Below, piece after piece: positions 33,924 to 44,364 of a stretch of 64,000 nucleotides of DNA (position 1 is its first letter; every line of letters starts with the position of its first letter). This stretch comes from a virus: positions 1-64,000 of IMG/VR virus record IMGVR_UViG_3300025645_000055, one strand, 5' to 3'. Both the position numbers and the translations under genes were made by a program. The notes under the pieces were generated by a model. That model searched no databases. It was given only the letters and a program-made list of their open reading frames with translations, and was not told where the DNA came from.

Positions 33924-35585
33924 ATGGAAACATTAGAACTAAATAAACAAGGGGTTAAGACAGTTACCTTACCCAAGCGTAAGATAGCAGACGTACCTAG
34001 ACTATTATGGGCAGATGCCTATACTGCTGGGTCAAATAAGTTTCAATCGGCTAAAGCTAAACAAGAATCTGTTTACTATGTCACATTCCGTAGACAACTA
34101 TCTACTGTTAATCCACTCTTATATAATGTGGGTGATGATAGAATTATCTTCGGTGGTCTACAACGACTATTAGAGAAGATTTTCTATGAACCAGTAACAC
34201 ATAAAGAGATTGATGATGCTAAGGAATTTCTTTCTACATTCAAAGCCACAACATTAGGTTATGCAGAATATGAGTTTCCAGAGGAAATGTGGAGAACAGT
34301 TGTAGACGAATATAACGGTAGACCACCAATCCTTATTAAAGGGATGCCAGAGGGTTCTGTTGTATATCCTAATGAACCAGTTGTACAAGTTACATCAATG
34401 GTTGATGGTATGGGTGAATTAGCAGCTTGGTTTGAATCTACCATCCTTAAGGTATGGGCAGTTTCAGAACGTATCACACAGAACGAACATTGGATTACAA
34501 AACTTAAAGGTATGATTCATGGAATTGAACCAGATTTAGATGATGAATCTGTTCACTTTCAAGCATCACTTATGCTTACCGATTTCGGTGACAGAGGTGG
34601 TATAACACCAGAAGAATCAGAAGAATTAGGTATGGCTCACTTATATACGTTCCCAGGTACAGACACATGTTCTGGGGCATATCAAGCTTGGTATAATGCT
34701 AATAAAACACCAGTGGGTAGTAGTGTTAATGCACTTGCCCATAGAAACGTACAAGCATATAAATTAGAAAATGATGTTTATGAAGCGATTTATAACTCAT
34801 GTAAAGATAACGAAATCATTTCGATGGTTGCCGATTGTTACGATTTCTACTATGCAGTAAGAGAATACTTATTACCACTAGCACTCCGTAGTATCAAAGA
34901 AGAAAATGGAAAGGTTGTAGTGGGTAGACCAGACTCTGGAAATGCAGTAGAACAAGTCCTATGGCTTTGTAGACTAGCTAAGAGATATGGTTTATATACC
35001 ACAAAGGTAATTGATGGTGTTGAGTGGTACTTCGGTACAACACTTAAGTTCATCGAGGGTGATGGAATGAAATATGATACAATGTGGGAAATCATTCAAG
35101 CATTAGAAAAAGAAGGATTTGCACCACACGGTTGGGGATTATTTGGCGTAGGTGGTGGACTAAGAAATGGTATCAAAAGAGATAACCTTTCTGCTAAATA
35201 CGCACTATGTTCAATGGGTTACGACCACGTTGGTGTTACAAAGTTCTCTGAAACACTAGGTAAAACTACTTTACCTGGACCTTTCAAAGTTTTAAGAAGT
35301 GCCGAAGCATTACATAATAAAGAAACCATAGTGTTTGATACTGAAAAAGGAGAAGATGCAATGGTGGTTTACTATGATGGTTCTAATATATACAAACCAT
35401 TTGGTGAGGGTCAAGATGATGACTTCTTAGTTATTAGAGCAAGGATTAGAGAACAGTGGGATAGTATGCCACTTAATCTAACATCTGATACTAATCATAA
35501 TTATCCAGCTAGTAAAGCAATACTTGCAAAACGTATTGAATTACTTAAGGAATATGCACCTAATAAACACGCTAAAAACTACTAA
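33924..35585 (+). CDS. nicotinamide phosphoribosyltransferase (NAMPT/NadV)
   Basis: DAY, GLQ..L, P..IKG.PEGS, DFG.RG, GTD, S.V.D.YD, RPDSG, GDG, G.GG.L. Confidence 0.88.
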   Translation: METLELNKQGVKTVTLPKRKIADVPRLLWADAYTAGSNKFQSAKAKQESVYYVTFRRQLSTVNPLLYNVGDDRIIFGGLQRLLEKIFYEPVTHKEIDDAKEFLSTFKATTLGYAEYEFPEEMWRTVVDEYNGRPPILIKGMPEGSVVYPNEPVVQVTSMVDGMGELAAWFESTILKVWAVSERITQNEHWITKLKGMIHGIEPDLDDESVHFQASLMLTDFGDRGGITPEESEELGMAHLYTFPGTDTCSGAYQAWYNANKTPVGSSVNALAHRNVQAYKLENDVYEAIYNSCKDNEIISMVADCYDFYYAVREYLLPLALRSIKEENGKVVVGRPDSGNAVEQVLWLCRLAKRYGLYTTKVIDGVEWYFGTTLKFIEGDGMKYDTMWEIIQALEKEGFAPHGWGLFGVGGGLRNGIKRDNLSAKYALCSMGYDHVGVTKFSETLGKTTLPGPFKVLRSAEALHNKETIVFDTEKGEDAMVVYYDGSNIYKPFGEGQDDDFLVIRARIREQWDSMPLNLTSDTNHNYPASKAILAKRIELLKEYAPNKHAKNY

Positions 35586-35586
35586 G

Positions 35587-35826
35587 ATGAATTTAACAGA
35601 TTTATTAAAAGATAAGGTCGTATTGTATATGACCGATGCGTTGGTTGAGGTAGAACTCACCATTAAAACGGCTGAGGAAGTAAAACACTCAAGAGACTTA
35701 GAACCCTCAACAAGAGAGAACGATTGGTGGCCTGCCTCTGAGTCTTGGAGAACAGTAAGTGTTGTATTTACTAATGGATTTAGGAAGTCTTATGGTAGCC
35801 TATCAGAAATTAAATTAAAAGAGTAA
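35587..35826 (+). CDS. hypothetical protein
   Basis: ORF from ATG 35587. Confidence 0.65.
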   Translation: MNLTDLLKDKVVLYMTDALVEVELTIKTAEEVKHSRDLEPSTRENDWWPASESWRTVSVVFTNGFRKSYGSLSEIKLKE

Positions 35827-35830
35827 AATT

Positions 35831-36157
35831 ATGGAAAGAAAGATAAGTGAAACACCCAACAAGTGGGTTATATTAGGATTACCAGATAACCATTATAAAG
35901 TTTATGGAACTTGGGCTGGTGGTTATTTGGATGGTGATAGATGGAAATTAAATTCTGGAATAAAAGAGGTTGAACAAGATGATGACTTCTATTATTTTAT
36001 TGGATATAGTGGAAGTTGTTATAAATGCGATAAAAAAGGATATGGTGTGATGACATCCTTTGGTCATGATGTTTTAGATAAGATGATAGGATTAGCAAAA
36101 GGACAAGTTGAAGTACTTGATGATGTTGATGATTGGGCAGAACACATAAAAGAATAG
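35831..36157 (+). CDS. hypothetical phage protein
   Basis: PNKWVI...W.GGYLDGD.W.LNSGI...G.SGS.Y.C. Confidence 0.75.
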   Translation: MERKISETPNKWVILGLPDNHYKVYGTWAGGYLDGDRWKLNSGIKEVEQDDDFYYFIGYSGSCYKCDKKGYGVMTSFGHDVLDKMIGLAKGQVEVLDDVDDWAEHIKE

Positions 36158-37095
36158 TCGAAAAAGGGTTAACAGTAGACTTTAAAGACACAAACCAGTA
36201 ACCTTGCGGGGCATATGTCCCCAATACACCAAACCCTAAGCATATGTAGTGGGTGAGAAAGCTGTTAGGTGTCATTTTTAAATAAAAAATTATGGAAATT
36301 AAACCACTAGATTTAACATTACAACAATGGGTTAAAGACCATATAGAGTTTAGAGAATTCCTAGAGAAAAAGATGCGTGAGTATTGTATGTCTGAATTAA
36401 AGATAGATAAGTCTAGGTTTGGTGAAAAATAATTAGTATCTTTGTATTATGGAAACAGAAGAAATTTATAAAAAAGCATATAGTAGATATATCTCACCAT
36501 CTATGTATGATAAGATGTTTAGTAATGGGTGGCGTTTTCAAGAGTTCCCATTCGGTGGAGGAAATAAAGATATTATACTTGCTAGAATTGAAGAATTATT
36601 GATAACTAAACAAGTTAAATGTGGTTATATGGCTACGTCAATACGAGGATATCATAACTACTATTATATATACAAAAAGAAATAAAATATGGAAATAATA
36701 GGTTATATAATCAATTTCATTGTTTTTGGGGTATTAATCCTTGCATGGATTGCTATGTGGACACATGATGATTCACGAATGACCGATGAACAACTCTATG
36801 GTATGAGTGCCGAAGAGTACTCCCGTAAGATGATGGGTGATGAAACCTATGAAAAATATTTAAATCAAGGTAAAGATGAAAAGAGTTTGGAGAAACCTAA
36901 GTCGGAGTAAACCACCAGTAAATGAAGAGGTCGAACTACAACATATGATTGTGGGTATCGGTGCACCAGAACGTGAGGGTTGGTTTAGCACTGGTAGGAT
37001 GAGAGAGAGTGGTACATATAGTATATTACAAAATAAAAGTGGAACTGTAGATTACAGACCACCAACCCATTGGAGAGCAATTAAAACAGATTAAG

Positions 37096-37878
37096 ATGAA
37101 AAACGATTTAGGAAAACGAATGAAAGAGAACTACGAGTATAGGACTAAATCCTATATTCCTAGACGAACATATACAATAATTAGATTAGATGGTAAAGCT
37201 TTTCACACCTTTACAAAAGGGTTTGAAAGACCATATGATACTAAGTTAATGGATGCAATGAATTATGCAACCAAGATGCTTTGTGAGAATGTACAAGGTT
37301 GTAAGTTGGGTTATACACAGTCTGATGAAATTAGTTTATTATTAACTGATTTTGATAAGATTGGTACTGATGCTTATTTAGATGGTGCTATTCAAAAGAT
37401 AGTATCAATTACTGCATCTATGGCTACGGCATACTTCAATAGATACATGCTTGAAAATGATATTACTGCTAAATTGGCTTTCTTCGATAGTCGAGTGTTT
37501 AGTATTCCAGAAGCAACTGAAGTTGAAAACTATTTCATTTGGCGACAAGAGGATTGTGTTAGAAACTCAATTAGTATGACTGCACAGTCACTTTATAGTC
37601 ACAAAGAACTACACGGTGTTAACACATCTGGTATGCAAGATTTATGTATGGAGAAGGGTGTTAATTGGAACGACCAACCCGATGGGTTTAAAAGGGGTCG
37701 TATGATTGTTAAAGAGCAATATGAAATCCAAGCATTTGACCTGGAGACTAGTGGTTTAGATAACAACCATAGACCAATTAATGTTGGTACTGCAATCAGA
37801 AATAGGTGGGCTATCAAACCAGCTACTTGGATTCTAAGAGATAGAGAAGAGTTTAGCGATTTAATACCAAAACGATAA
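37096..37878 (+). CDS. tRNA(His) guanylyltransferase Thg1-like protein
   Basis: IRLDGKAFHTFT, YTQSDEISL, FDSR, WRQ.DC.RN. Confidence 0.93.
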   Translation: MKNDLGKRMKENYEYRTKSYIPRRTYTIIRLDGKAFHTFTKGFERPYDTKLMDAMNYATKMLCENVQGCKLGYTQSDEISLLLTDFDKIGTDAYLDGAIQKIVSITASMATAYFNRYMLENDITAKLAFFDSRVFSIPEATEVENYFIWRQEDCVRNSISMTAQSLYSHKELHGVNTSGMQDLCMEKGVNWNDQPDGFKRGRMIVKEQYEIQAFDLETSGLDNNHRPINVGTAIRNRWAIKPATWILRDREEFSDLIPKR

Positions 37879-38765
37879 TGAATGTATTATCACTTTTCGA
37901 TGGATTATCTGGTGGACAGATAGCATTACGTAACTTGGGTATTACACCCACTAATTACTATGCATCTGAAATAGACAAGTTCGCTATCAAGGTTACCCAA
38001 CATAATTTTCCAAATACTATACAGCTTGGTGACATCACAAATATAGGTGTTGCCAAGCCTTTTATGGATTCTTGGATATATGATAAAACCACCATGGAAA
38101 AACTTCATAATATAGGTGGTGGTATCGATTTACTAATGGGTGGAAGCCCTTGCCAATCATTTAGTAAGGCTGGTGATGGCACTGGTTTTGATGGTAAGAG
38201 TAAGTTATTCTGGGAATACCTAAGAATACTTAAAGAGGTGAAACCTAAATACTTCTTACTAGAGAATGTAGTAATGAAAAAGGAGTGGGAAGATGTTATA
38301 ACAGAGGCAATGGGTGTTGAACCCATCATGATTAACTCTAATCTTGTAAGTGCTCAAAATAGAAAACGATTATTCTGGACTAATATACCAAATGTAGAAC
38401 AACCAGAAGATAGGGGTATCCTACTTAAAGACATTCTTGAGGACGATGCAGACCCTAAGTATGCTATTAGTGATTCTAAGATAGATAGAGTACTAAACTC
38501 TCAATGGGGTAAAGGTTTCTTCTATGATAAGTCACATGATAAGATTGGAACTGCAATTGCTGGTTATCATAAACTACCAACAGATGGTACATACATTGAC
38601 CTGGGTTACCCAAGGAAGATAACACCAACAGAATTTGAAAAATTACAGACTGTACCAGTGGGATATACTGATTGTGTGAGTGATACACAACGCTATGCTA
38701 TGGTGGGTAATGGGTGGACAATTGATGTTATAAGTCATATCTTAAAAAATATGGAATTGGGTTGA
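37878..38765 (+). CDS. DNA (cytosine-5) methyltransferase
   Basis: SLFDG, GGSPCQ, LLENV, Q.RKR, GNGW. Confidence 0.93.
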   Translation: MNVLSLFDGLSGGQIALRNLGITPTNYYASEIDKFAIKVTQHNFPNTIQLGDITNIGVAKPFMDSWIYDKTTMEKLHNIGGGIDLLMGGSPCQSFSKAGDGTGFDGKSKLFWEYLRILKEVKPKYFLLENVVMKKEWEDVITEAMGVEPIMINSNLVSAQNRKRLFWTNIPNVEQPEDRGILLKDILEDDADPKYAISDSKIDRVLNSQWGKGFFYDKSHDKIGTAIAGYHKLPTDGTYIDLGYPRKITPTEFEKLQTVPVGYTDCVSDTQRYAMVGNGWTIDVISHILKNMELG

Positions 38766-38807
38766 TTAATTCAATTAATAGAACTATATTTGTTTAAACA
38801 ACAAAAT

Positions 38808-39722
38808 ATGAATGTATTATCACTATTTGATGGGATGTCTTGTGGACAGATTGCGTTAGAAAGAATAGGAGTAAAAGTAGACAATTATTATTCAAGTGAG
38901 ATTGATAAGCATGCTTTGAAAGTTACCGAAAAGAATTACCCAAATACAATACAAGTGGGTGATGTAAAAGAATTAAAGGGTAGTGATTTACCTAAGATTG
39001 ATTTAATGATGGGTGGAAGCCCATGTCAAGGGTTTAGCTTTAGTGGTAAACAATTGAATTTCGATGACCCAAGGAGTAAGTTGTTCTTTGAATTTGTTAG
39101 ATTAATAGATGAAATCAAACCTAAATACTTCTTACTAGAGAATGTGGTGATGAAGCAAGAGTTTCAAGATGTGATAACAGAAGCATTAGGTGTTGAACCT
39201 ATTATGATTAATTCTCAATTGGTAAGTGCTCATCATAGAAAGAGGTTGTATTGGACTAACATTCCAAATATAGAGCAACCAGAAGATAAGGGTATTGGTT
39301 TAATAGATATACTTGAGGATGATGAAATGATAGGACCCTCAGCGATTAGAGGTCGAAGACTTAACAAGGCAACAATACTTGGTAGAAGACTAAATGAACG
39401 TGGTAAGAGGGATGATTATAATAAAGAGATACCTATTACCCAATGTCTTGAAGTAAGGGCATCAAATAGGACTAAATCAAACTGTTTAACAACAGTTGCC
39501 AAAGATAATGTATTAACAACAATGCCGATTGGGAGACACCCAGATGCGTTTAAAAAGGGTTTACCCTTTAGATATTATACAATAAAAGAATATTGCAGAC
39601 TACAAACAGTGCCAGATGATTATTTTGAAGGTGTTGCAAGTGAAAATCAAGCCAGAAAAATGATTGGTAATGGTTGGACTGTAGATGTAATAGGACACAT
39701 ATTAAAAAACATGGAATTATGA
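38808..39722 (+). CDS. DNA (cytosine-5) methyltransferase, second copy
   Basis: Same motifs with a different variable (target recognition) region; start ATG 38808. Confidence 0.93.
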   Translation: MNVLSLFDGMSCGQIALERIGVKVDNYYSSEIDKHALKVTEKNYPNTIQVGDVKELKGSDLPKIDLMMGGSPCQGFSFSGKQLNFDDPRSKLFFEFVRLIDEIKPKYFLLENVVMKQEFQDVITEALGVEPIMINSQLVSAHHRKRLYWTNIPNIEQPEDKGIGLIDILEDDEMIGPSAIRGRRLNKATILGRRLNERGKRDDYNKEIPITQCLEVRASNRTKSNCLTTVAKDNVLTTMPIGRHPDAFKKGLPFRYYTIKEYCRLQTVPDDYFEGVASENQARKMIGNGWTVDVIGHILKNMEL

Positions 39723-40201
39723 TTAATGATAAATCAGTATTTTTCTGGGGTGGTATCTGTAGCCAATGGTATCCTTCGGATTTTGAAATAAACGAAGAAA
39801 AATTTACATCTGCTGAACAGTATATGATGTATAAGAAAGCATTACTATTTGAAGATGAAGAAGTAGCCAATGCAATAATGAGAACCAACAACCCTAAAGA
39901 CCAAAAAGCTTTAGGTAGAAAAGTGAGGGGATTTGATAAAGATGTATGGGAAGAAGTATGTCGTGAGTATGTTTACGAAGGTAATTATGCTAAATTCACA
40001 CAAAACCCAGAGTTACTTGAAGAATTACTTAGCTATGGCGATAGAGAGATAGTAGAAGCTAGTCCAGAAGACCCAATTTGGGGTATTGGACTACATGAAA
40101 ACGATAAAAGAGTCCTTGATAAAGAACAATGGTTAGGAACTAACTGGTTGGGTGAGGCAATAATGAGAGTGAGAGACGAATTAAACGCACATAAACCATA
40201 A
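39719..40201 (+). CDS. NADAR (YbiA-like) family protein
   Basis: SQWY, SAEQYMM..KA..F.D, KALGR.V, KF.QN..L, VEASP.D.IWGIG, N.LG. Confidence 0.92.
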   Translation: MINDKSVFFWGGICSQWYPSDFEINEEKFTSAEQYMMYKKALLFEDEEVANAIMRTNNPKDQKALGRKVRGFDKDVWEEVCREYVYEGNYAKFTQNPELLEELLSYGDREIVEASPEDPIWGIGLHENDKRVLDKEQWLGTNWLGEAIMRVRDELNAHKP

Positions 40202-40204
40202 GAT

Positions 40205-40561
40205 ATGAAACCAATACCATTTAAAGAACAAACAAACGTAGCAGCCGAAACACAAGATGAATATGGTGACTTACCATTTCTTGATATGAAGGGTAAAACG
40301 GGTACAATAGTATCTTGTTGGGGATTATCCGAAGAAGAAATAGCAGAGGTTGTTAAGACTGGTAAGATATGGGTTGGGTTAATGTGTTTTGGTAACCCAT
40401 TAACACCAAGCCTTTTGACCGTTAATAAAACGGATTTATTTGAAACAACAACCATACCATGTACCTCTTGTGGTATTAACGATGTTGAAGGAATTGTTAA
40501 TATGGTTGAGGATAACCTGGTTAATGAAAAAGAATGTAAAGATTGTGATAGTGTAAAATAA
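40205..40561 (+). CDS. hypothetical phage protein
   Basis: QDEY..LP...SCW.LS.EE...GKIW. Confidence 0.7.
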   Translation: MKPIPFKEQTNVAAETQDEYGDLPFLDMKGKTGTIVSCWGLSEEEIAEVVKTGKIWVGLMCFGNPLTPSLLTVNKTDLFETTTIPCTSCGINDVEGIVNMVEDNLVNEKECKDCDSVK

Positions 40562-40566
40562 AGATT

Positions 40567-41235
40567 ATGGAACAAAAACCTAAAGACAACTTCAGATTTA
40601 ACTTTGGTGGGTTACCACCAAACAAGATATGGTTCACATCAGACCCACACTTTTTTCATACTAACATCATTAAATATACCGATAGACCATTTGATAATGT
40701 TGGTGAAATGAATATGGCGTTGGTTAGAAATTGGAATAATACGGTTAAAGATGATGACCTTATATTTTGCCTTGGGGATTTTGCCTTGGGGAAGAATCAA
40801 GAATGTAACGACCTACTTCAAGTATTAAATGGTCAGAAGGTTTTAATCATTGGTAATCATGAAAGAACGATTATGAAACACCCAGCAAATAGAGATATGT
40901 TTGATGGTGGTATCTATGAAAGACTAGAGATTAAGGTTAATGATGATGAGGTTTCAGATAACTTTCAACACTTAACACTTTCACATTACCCAATGATTAC
41001 TTGGAATCATTCACATAGGGGTTCTTGGCAACTATTTGGACACGTACATGGTGTTTTGGATGGTAACCCTAAGTTATCACCAAACCAATTAGATGTAGGT
41101 GTTGATTCACATAACTTCACCCCCATTTCTTATCAAACAGTTAAGGAATTAATAACCATAGAAAATATAAATAGGGTTAAAATAACAAGAGTGAATAACC
41201 ACAATAAAGATGATAATAGTAACAGTAACCGATGA
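40567..41235 (+). CDS. calcineurin-like metallophosphoesterase
   Basis: SD.HF.H, LGD, GNHE, SHYP, GHVH, VGVD. Confidence 0.9.
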   Translation: MEQKPKDNFRFNFGGLPPNKIWFTSDPHFFHTNIIKYTDRPFDNVGEMNMALVRNWNNTVKDDDLIFCLGDFALGKNQECNDLLQVLNGQKVLIIGNHERTIMKHPANRDMFDGGIYERLEIKVNDDEVSDNFQHLTLSHYPMITWNHSHRGSWQLFGHVHGVLDGNPKLSPNQLDVGVDSHNFTPISYQTVKELITIENINRVKITRVNNHNKDDNSNSNR

Positions 41236-41710
41236 ACAAAGAGAAAGGGCGAGTAAGCTTTATGATTTTGAAGCATTAAATAATAGTATTACAAAGGGAG
41301 AGGGCAACGTTGTCGGCTCAATAGGTGAAATAGTCGTTTGTGATTATTTTGATGGTACACAAGCCAACACATATGATTATGATATAATCTTAAATAATAA
41401 AAAGATAGATGTTAAAACTAAAAAATATCAGAGTCATTTAGTACCACATATGGGTTGGAACTTAAACATACCAGTGTTTAACACAACTCAAGAGTGTGAC
41501 CACTATTGTTTTGTTGTTGTATCTGATGACTTAAAAAAGGCTTGTATATTTGGTTTCATTAAAAAAGAAAACTTTTATAAAAGGGCAGTGTTAGGTAAGA
41601 AAGGTGAAGTAGACCCAAATGGTAATGGTGTGTGGAAGTTTAGGTCAGACTGTTATAATCTATCACCAAAAGAATTAAAGTTACCTAAAAAAATTGAACA
41701 AAATGGATAA
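41210..41710 (+). CDS. PD-(D/E)XK nuclease-like protein
   Basis: G.IGE...YDYDI......IDVKTK. Confidence 0.55.
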   Translation: MIIVTVTDEQRERASKLYDFEALNNSITKGEGNVVGSIGEIVVCDYFDGTQANTYDYDIILNNKKIDVKTKKYQSHLVPHMGWNLNIPVFNTTQECDHYCFVVVSDDLKKACIFGFIKKENFYKRAVLGKKGEVDPNGNGVWKFRSDCYNLSPKELKLPKKIEQNG

Positions 41711-42149
41711 TTTAACAAAATGGGATAAGAAGTTTATTAGTCTGGTGGCGGAAGTAGCCTCTTGGTCTAAGGACACTAATAGGCAAGTAGGGTGTGTTAT
41801 CGTAAATGATGATAAAGATGTACTTACACAAGGTTATAATGGTTTCCCAAGGGGTTCAGATGACGACAAAGACCCTAGACGTTATGAGAAACCAGCGAAA
41901 TACATGTGGACTGAACACGCAGAACGAAATGCGATATATAATGCAGCTAGGTCTGGGACAATATTAAAGGGTGGAACACTCTATTGTAGTTTCTTCCCTT
42001 GTGTTGATTGTTGTAGGGCTACGATTCAAGTAGGGATAAAAAAAGTATATGCACCTAAACCAGATTTAAATCATAAAACATGGGGTGATGGGTGGATAGA
42101 AGGTATCATCATGTTAAAAGAATGTGGTGTTGAAATAATTTGGATATAA
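41703..42149 (+). CDS. dCMP deaminase
   Basis: SKD...VGCVI, GYNGFPRG, HAERNAI, PCVDC. Confidence 0.93.
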   Translation: MDNLTKWDKKFISLVAEVASWSKDTNRQVGCVIVNDDKDVLTQGYNGFPRGSDDDKDPRRYEKPAKYMWTEHAERNAIYNAARSGTILKGGTLYCSFFPCVDCCRATIQVGIKKVYAPKPDLNHKTWGDGWIEGIIMLKECGVEIIWI

Positions 42150-42346
42150 AAAATTAATTATGAGTGAAAAAAAAATGATATTATTAGGTGTTGCCAATGA
42201 AGGGGAACAGAACTTTGAATTAGCACTTGTTAAAGAGTGGGTAATCAATAAAACTACCTTGGTTGGTAATACTGTGTTCTTCGAAGTAGATGGCACATAT
42301 TTTTCAGTAGATAGACAAAAATTTGATAACATAATAACAAAATAAT

Positions 42347-42766
42347 ATGGTATTACGAGCAATTAAAAACGCCTTTAAATTAAAGGAAAACAGAGGTTGG
42401 GATAGAATATACTTTGCAATTGATTTACATAGTACGGTGGTTAAACCAAACTACAGTACTGATTCAATTCCAACAGAGTTCTACCCACACTCAAAAGAGG
42501 TGTTACAAGCACTAACTAAGCGTGATGATATCGCACTTATTATGTGGACTTGTTCACACCCACACGAAATAGTTAAATACGTTAAGTTCTTCAAGGACAT
42601 GGATATTGTATTTGACCATATAAATAAAAATCCAGAAGTTAAAACCGATGTTAATGGTTATGGTAACTATGATGATAAGCCTTATATGAGTGCAATCATT
42701 GATGATAAAGCTGGGTTTGATGCCGACACCGAATGGGAAGGTATAAAAGAATATTTTGAATTATGA
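42347..42766 (+). CDS. HAD-superfamily phosphatase-like protein
   Basis: AIDLHSTV, IMWT, K.....IDDKAGF. Confidence 0.65.
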   Translation: MVLRAIKNAFKLKENRGWDRIYFAIDLHSTVVKPNYSTDSIPTEFYPHSKEVLQALTKRDDIALIMWTCSHPHEIVKYVKFFKDMDIVFDHINKNPEVKTDVNGYGNYDDKPYMSAIIDDKAGFDADTEWEGIKEYFEL

Positions 42767-42956
42767 AAAAATTTGTATTAACAACAAAGAGTGAAAGTGG
42801 TGACGATTATATTTATTTAATCGAACACAAAAAACAACCCACTATGAAAGAATTAGATAAATTCTTAATGATTAACGGTTGTGATATGGATGAAGAAAGG
42901 ACATATGAAGATGTCGTACATCTAGAAGAAATAAAAGAATTTGAAACAATACCATC

Positions 42957-43667
42957 ATGAAAAAAATAGTAGTATTTACGGGAGCTGGTGTATCAGCCGA
43001 ATCGGATATCTCAACATATAGAGACATCACAGATGGTCTTTGGTATAACTATAAGGTTGAAGAAGTTGCAACCATTGAAGGTTGGAAGGCCGATAAAGAA
43101 AAGGTGTTGGAATTTCATAACATGCTTAGGGGTAAATTACATGATAAGAAACCTAACTTAGCACATACCTTAATTGGTGACCTGGAAGATGATTTTGAGG
43201 TAACAGTCATCACCCAAAATGTAGATGAACTACATGAAAAGGGTGGTTCTAAAAATGTACTTCATATCCACGGTGAGTTAATGAAGTGTAAAAGTAGTGT
43301 TGACCCAAGCTTATTTTATGATGCTAGGGGAAGTATCAATATAGGTGATAAGTGTGTTAAGGGGTCACAGTTAAGACCCGCCACTGTATTATTTGGTGAG
43401 TTCCCATACTTTATGCCAGAATCAATAAAAGCTTTAAAGAGATGTGATATCTTGATTATTGTTGGTACTGGGTTTGACATTCAATATACCACTGGTATGA
43501 TTACTGAGGTTAAACAAAGTTGTAAAATATACTACGTAGACCCACAACCAGCTAAGTTTTTGGAGTCATATCCAAATTTGGGTGGTCGAATTAACTATGT
43601 TGAAAAACCAGCAACCACGGGGGTTCAAGAGGTGTTTGATGAAATATATGAAAAATTTGTAGGATAA
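42957..43667 (+). CDS. Sir2/CobB NAD-dependent deacylase
   Basis: TGAGVSAES, PN.AH, ITQNVDELHE.GG, HIHG, LRP..V.FGE. Confidence 0.93.
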   Translation: MKKIVVFTGAGVSAESDISTYRDITDGLWYNYKVEEVATIEGWKADKEKVLEFHNMLRGKLHDKKPNLAHTLIGDLEDDFEVTVITQNVDELHEKGGSKNVLHIHGELMKCKSSVDPSLFYDARGSINIGDKCVKGSQLRPATVLFGEFPYFMPESIKALKRCDILIIVGTGFDIQYTTGMITEVKQSCKIYYVDPQPAKFLESYPNLGGRINYVEKPATTGVQEVFDEIYEKFVG

Positions 43668-43716
43668 TAGAATTATTATTTGTATATTTGTAATCAACAA
43701 TTTAAAATATAGTATT

Positions 43717-44250
43717 ATGAAGCGATTAATTTTTATTATGGTGATGCTTATCACCTTTACAAGTCAAGCACAATTTAACTGGTTCGAGTGGAATCAAGAT
43801 GAAGAATTTCTTTTAAATGTTTGGGTTGACCCCACATTTACAGATAAGGGTGAACAGTATGGTATTGGAGTCACCAAAGAACTTGGTGGTGGATGGGTAT
43901 CTGCTGAAATCTCTTATTATGGAGCATTAGAACCTTATTACTTAGATTTGGTTGGTAGTGGTGGTGCAAACTTTCATTTATTTAGAAATGATGCAGTTAA
44001 ATACTATGTAGGTGGTAGACTTGGTTGGATACATCGTGGAGATGGATATTCACCACACGCACTTATGGGTGTTACTGGTGGGTTTGATATAAAGATTAAT
44101 GATATTATACGTGGCTTTCCCGATGTACGACTTGGGTTGAGGTATTGGGGTGATTTTAGAACCGACCAACACGAAGATTTCTTAGGTGGTACAGATGATA
44201 ACCAATGGCGAGATAACGTTGGTGGTGTGGTAACATTTCCACTCAATTAA
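43717..44250 (+). CDS. secreted outer-membrane beta-barrel-like protein
   Basis: Signal peptide ending SQAQ; Gly/aromatic beta strands. Confidence 0.55.
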   Translation: MKRLIFIMVMLITFTSQAQFNWFEWNQDEEFLLNVWVDPTFTDKGEQYGIGVTKELGGGWVSAEISYYGALEPYYLDLVGSGGANFHLFRNDAVKYYVGGRLGWIHRGDGYSPHALMGVTGGFDIKINDIIRGFPDVRLGLRYWGDFRTDQHEDFLGGTDDNQWRDNVGGVVTFPLN

Positions 44251-44364
44251 GATGAGAGATACAACAGATGGTAAAGTAATTATAAACAGTGATGATTGCT
44301 TTGGTCAATTAGGTACATTAACACACCTTAAAGATGGTGAAAAATTCACATTAAGACAATAGTT

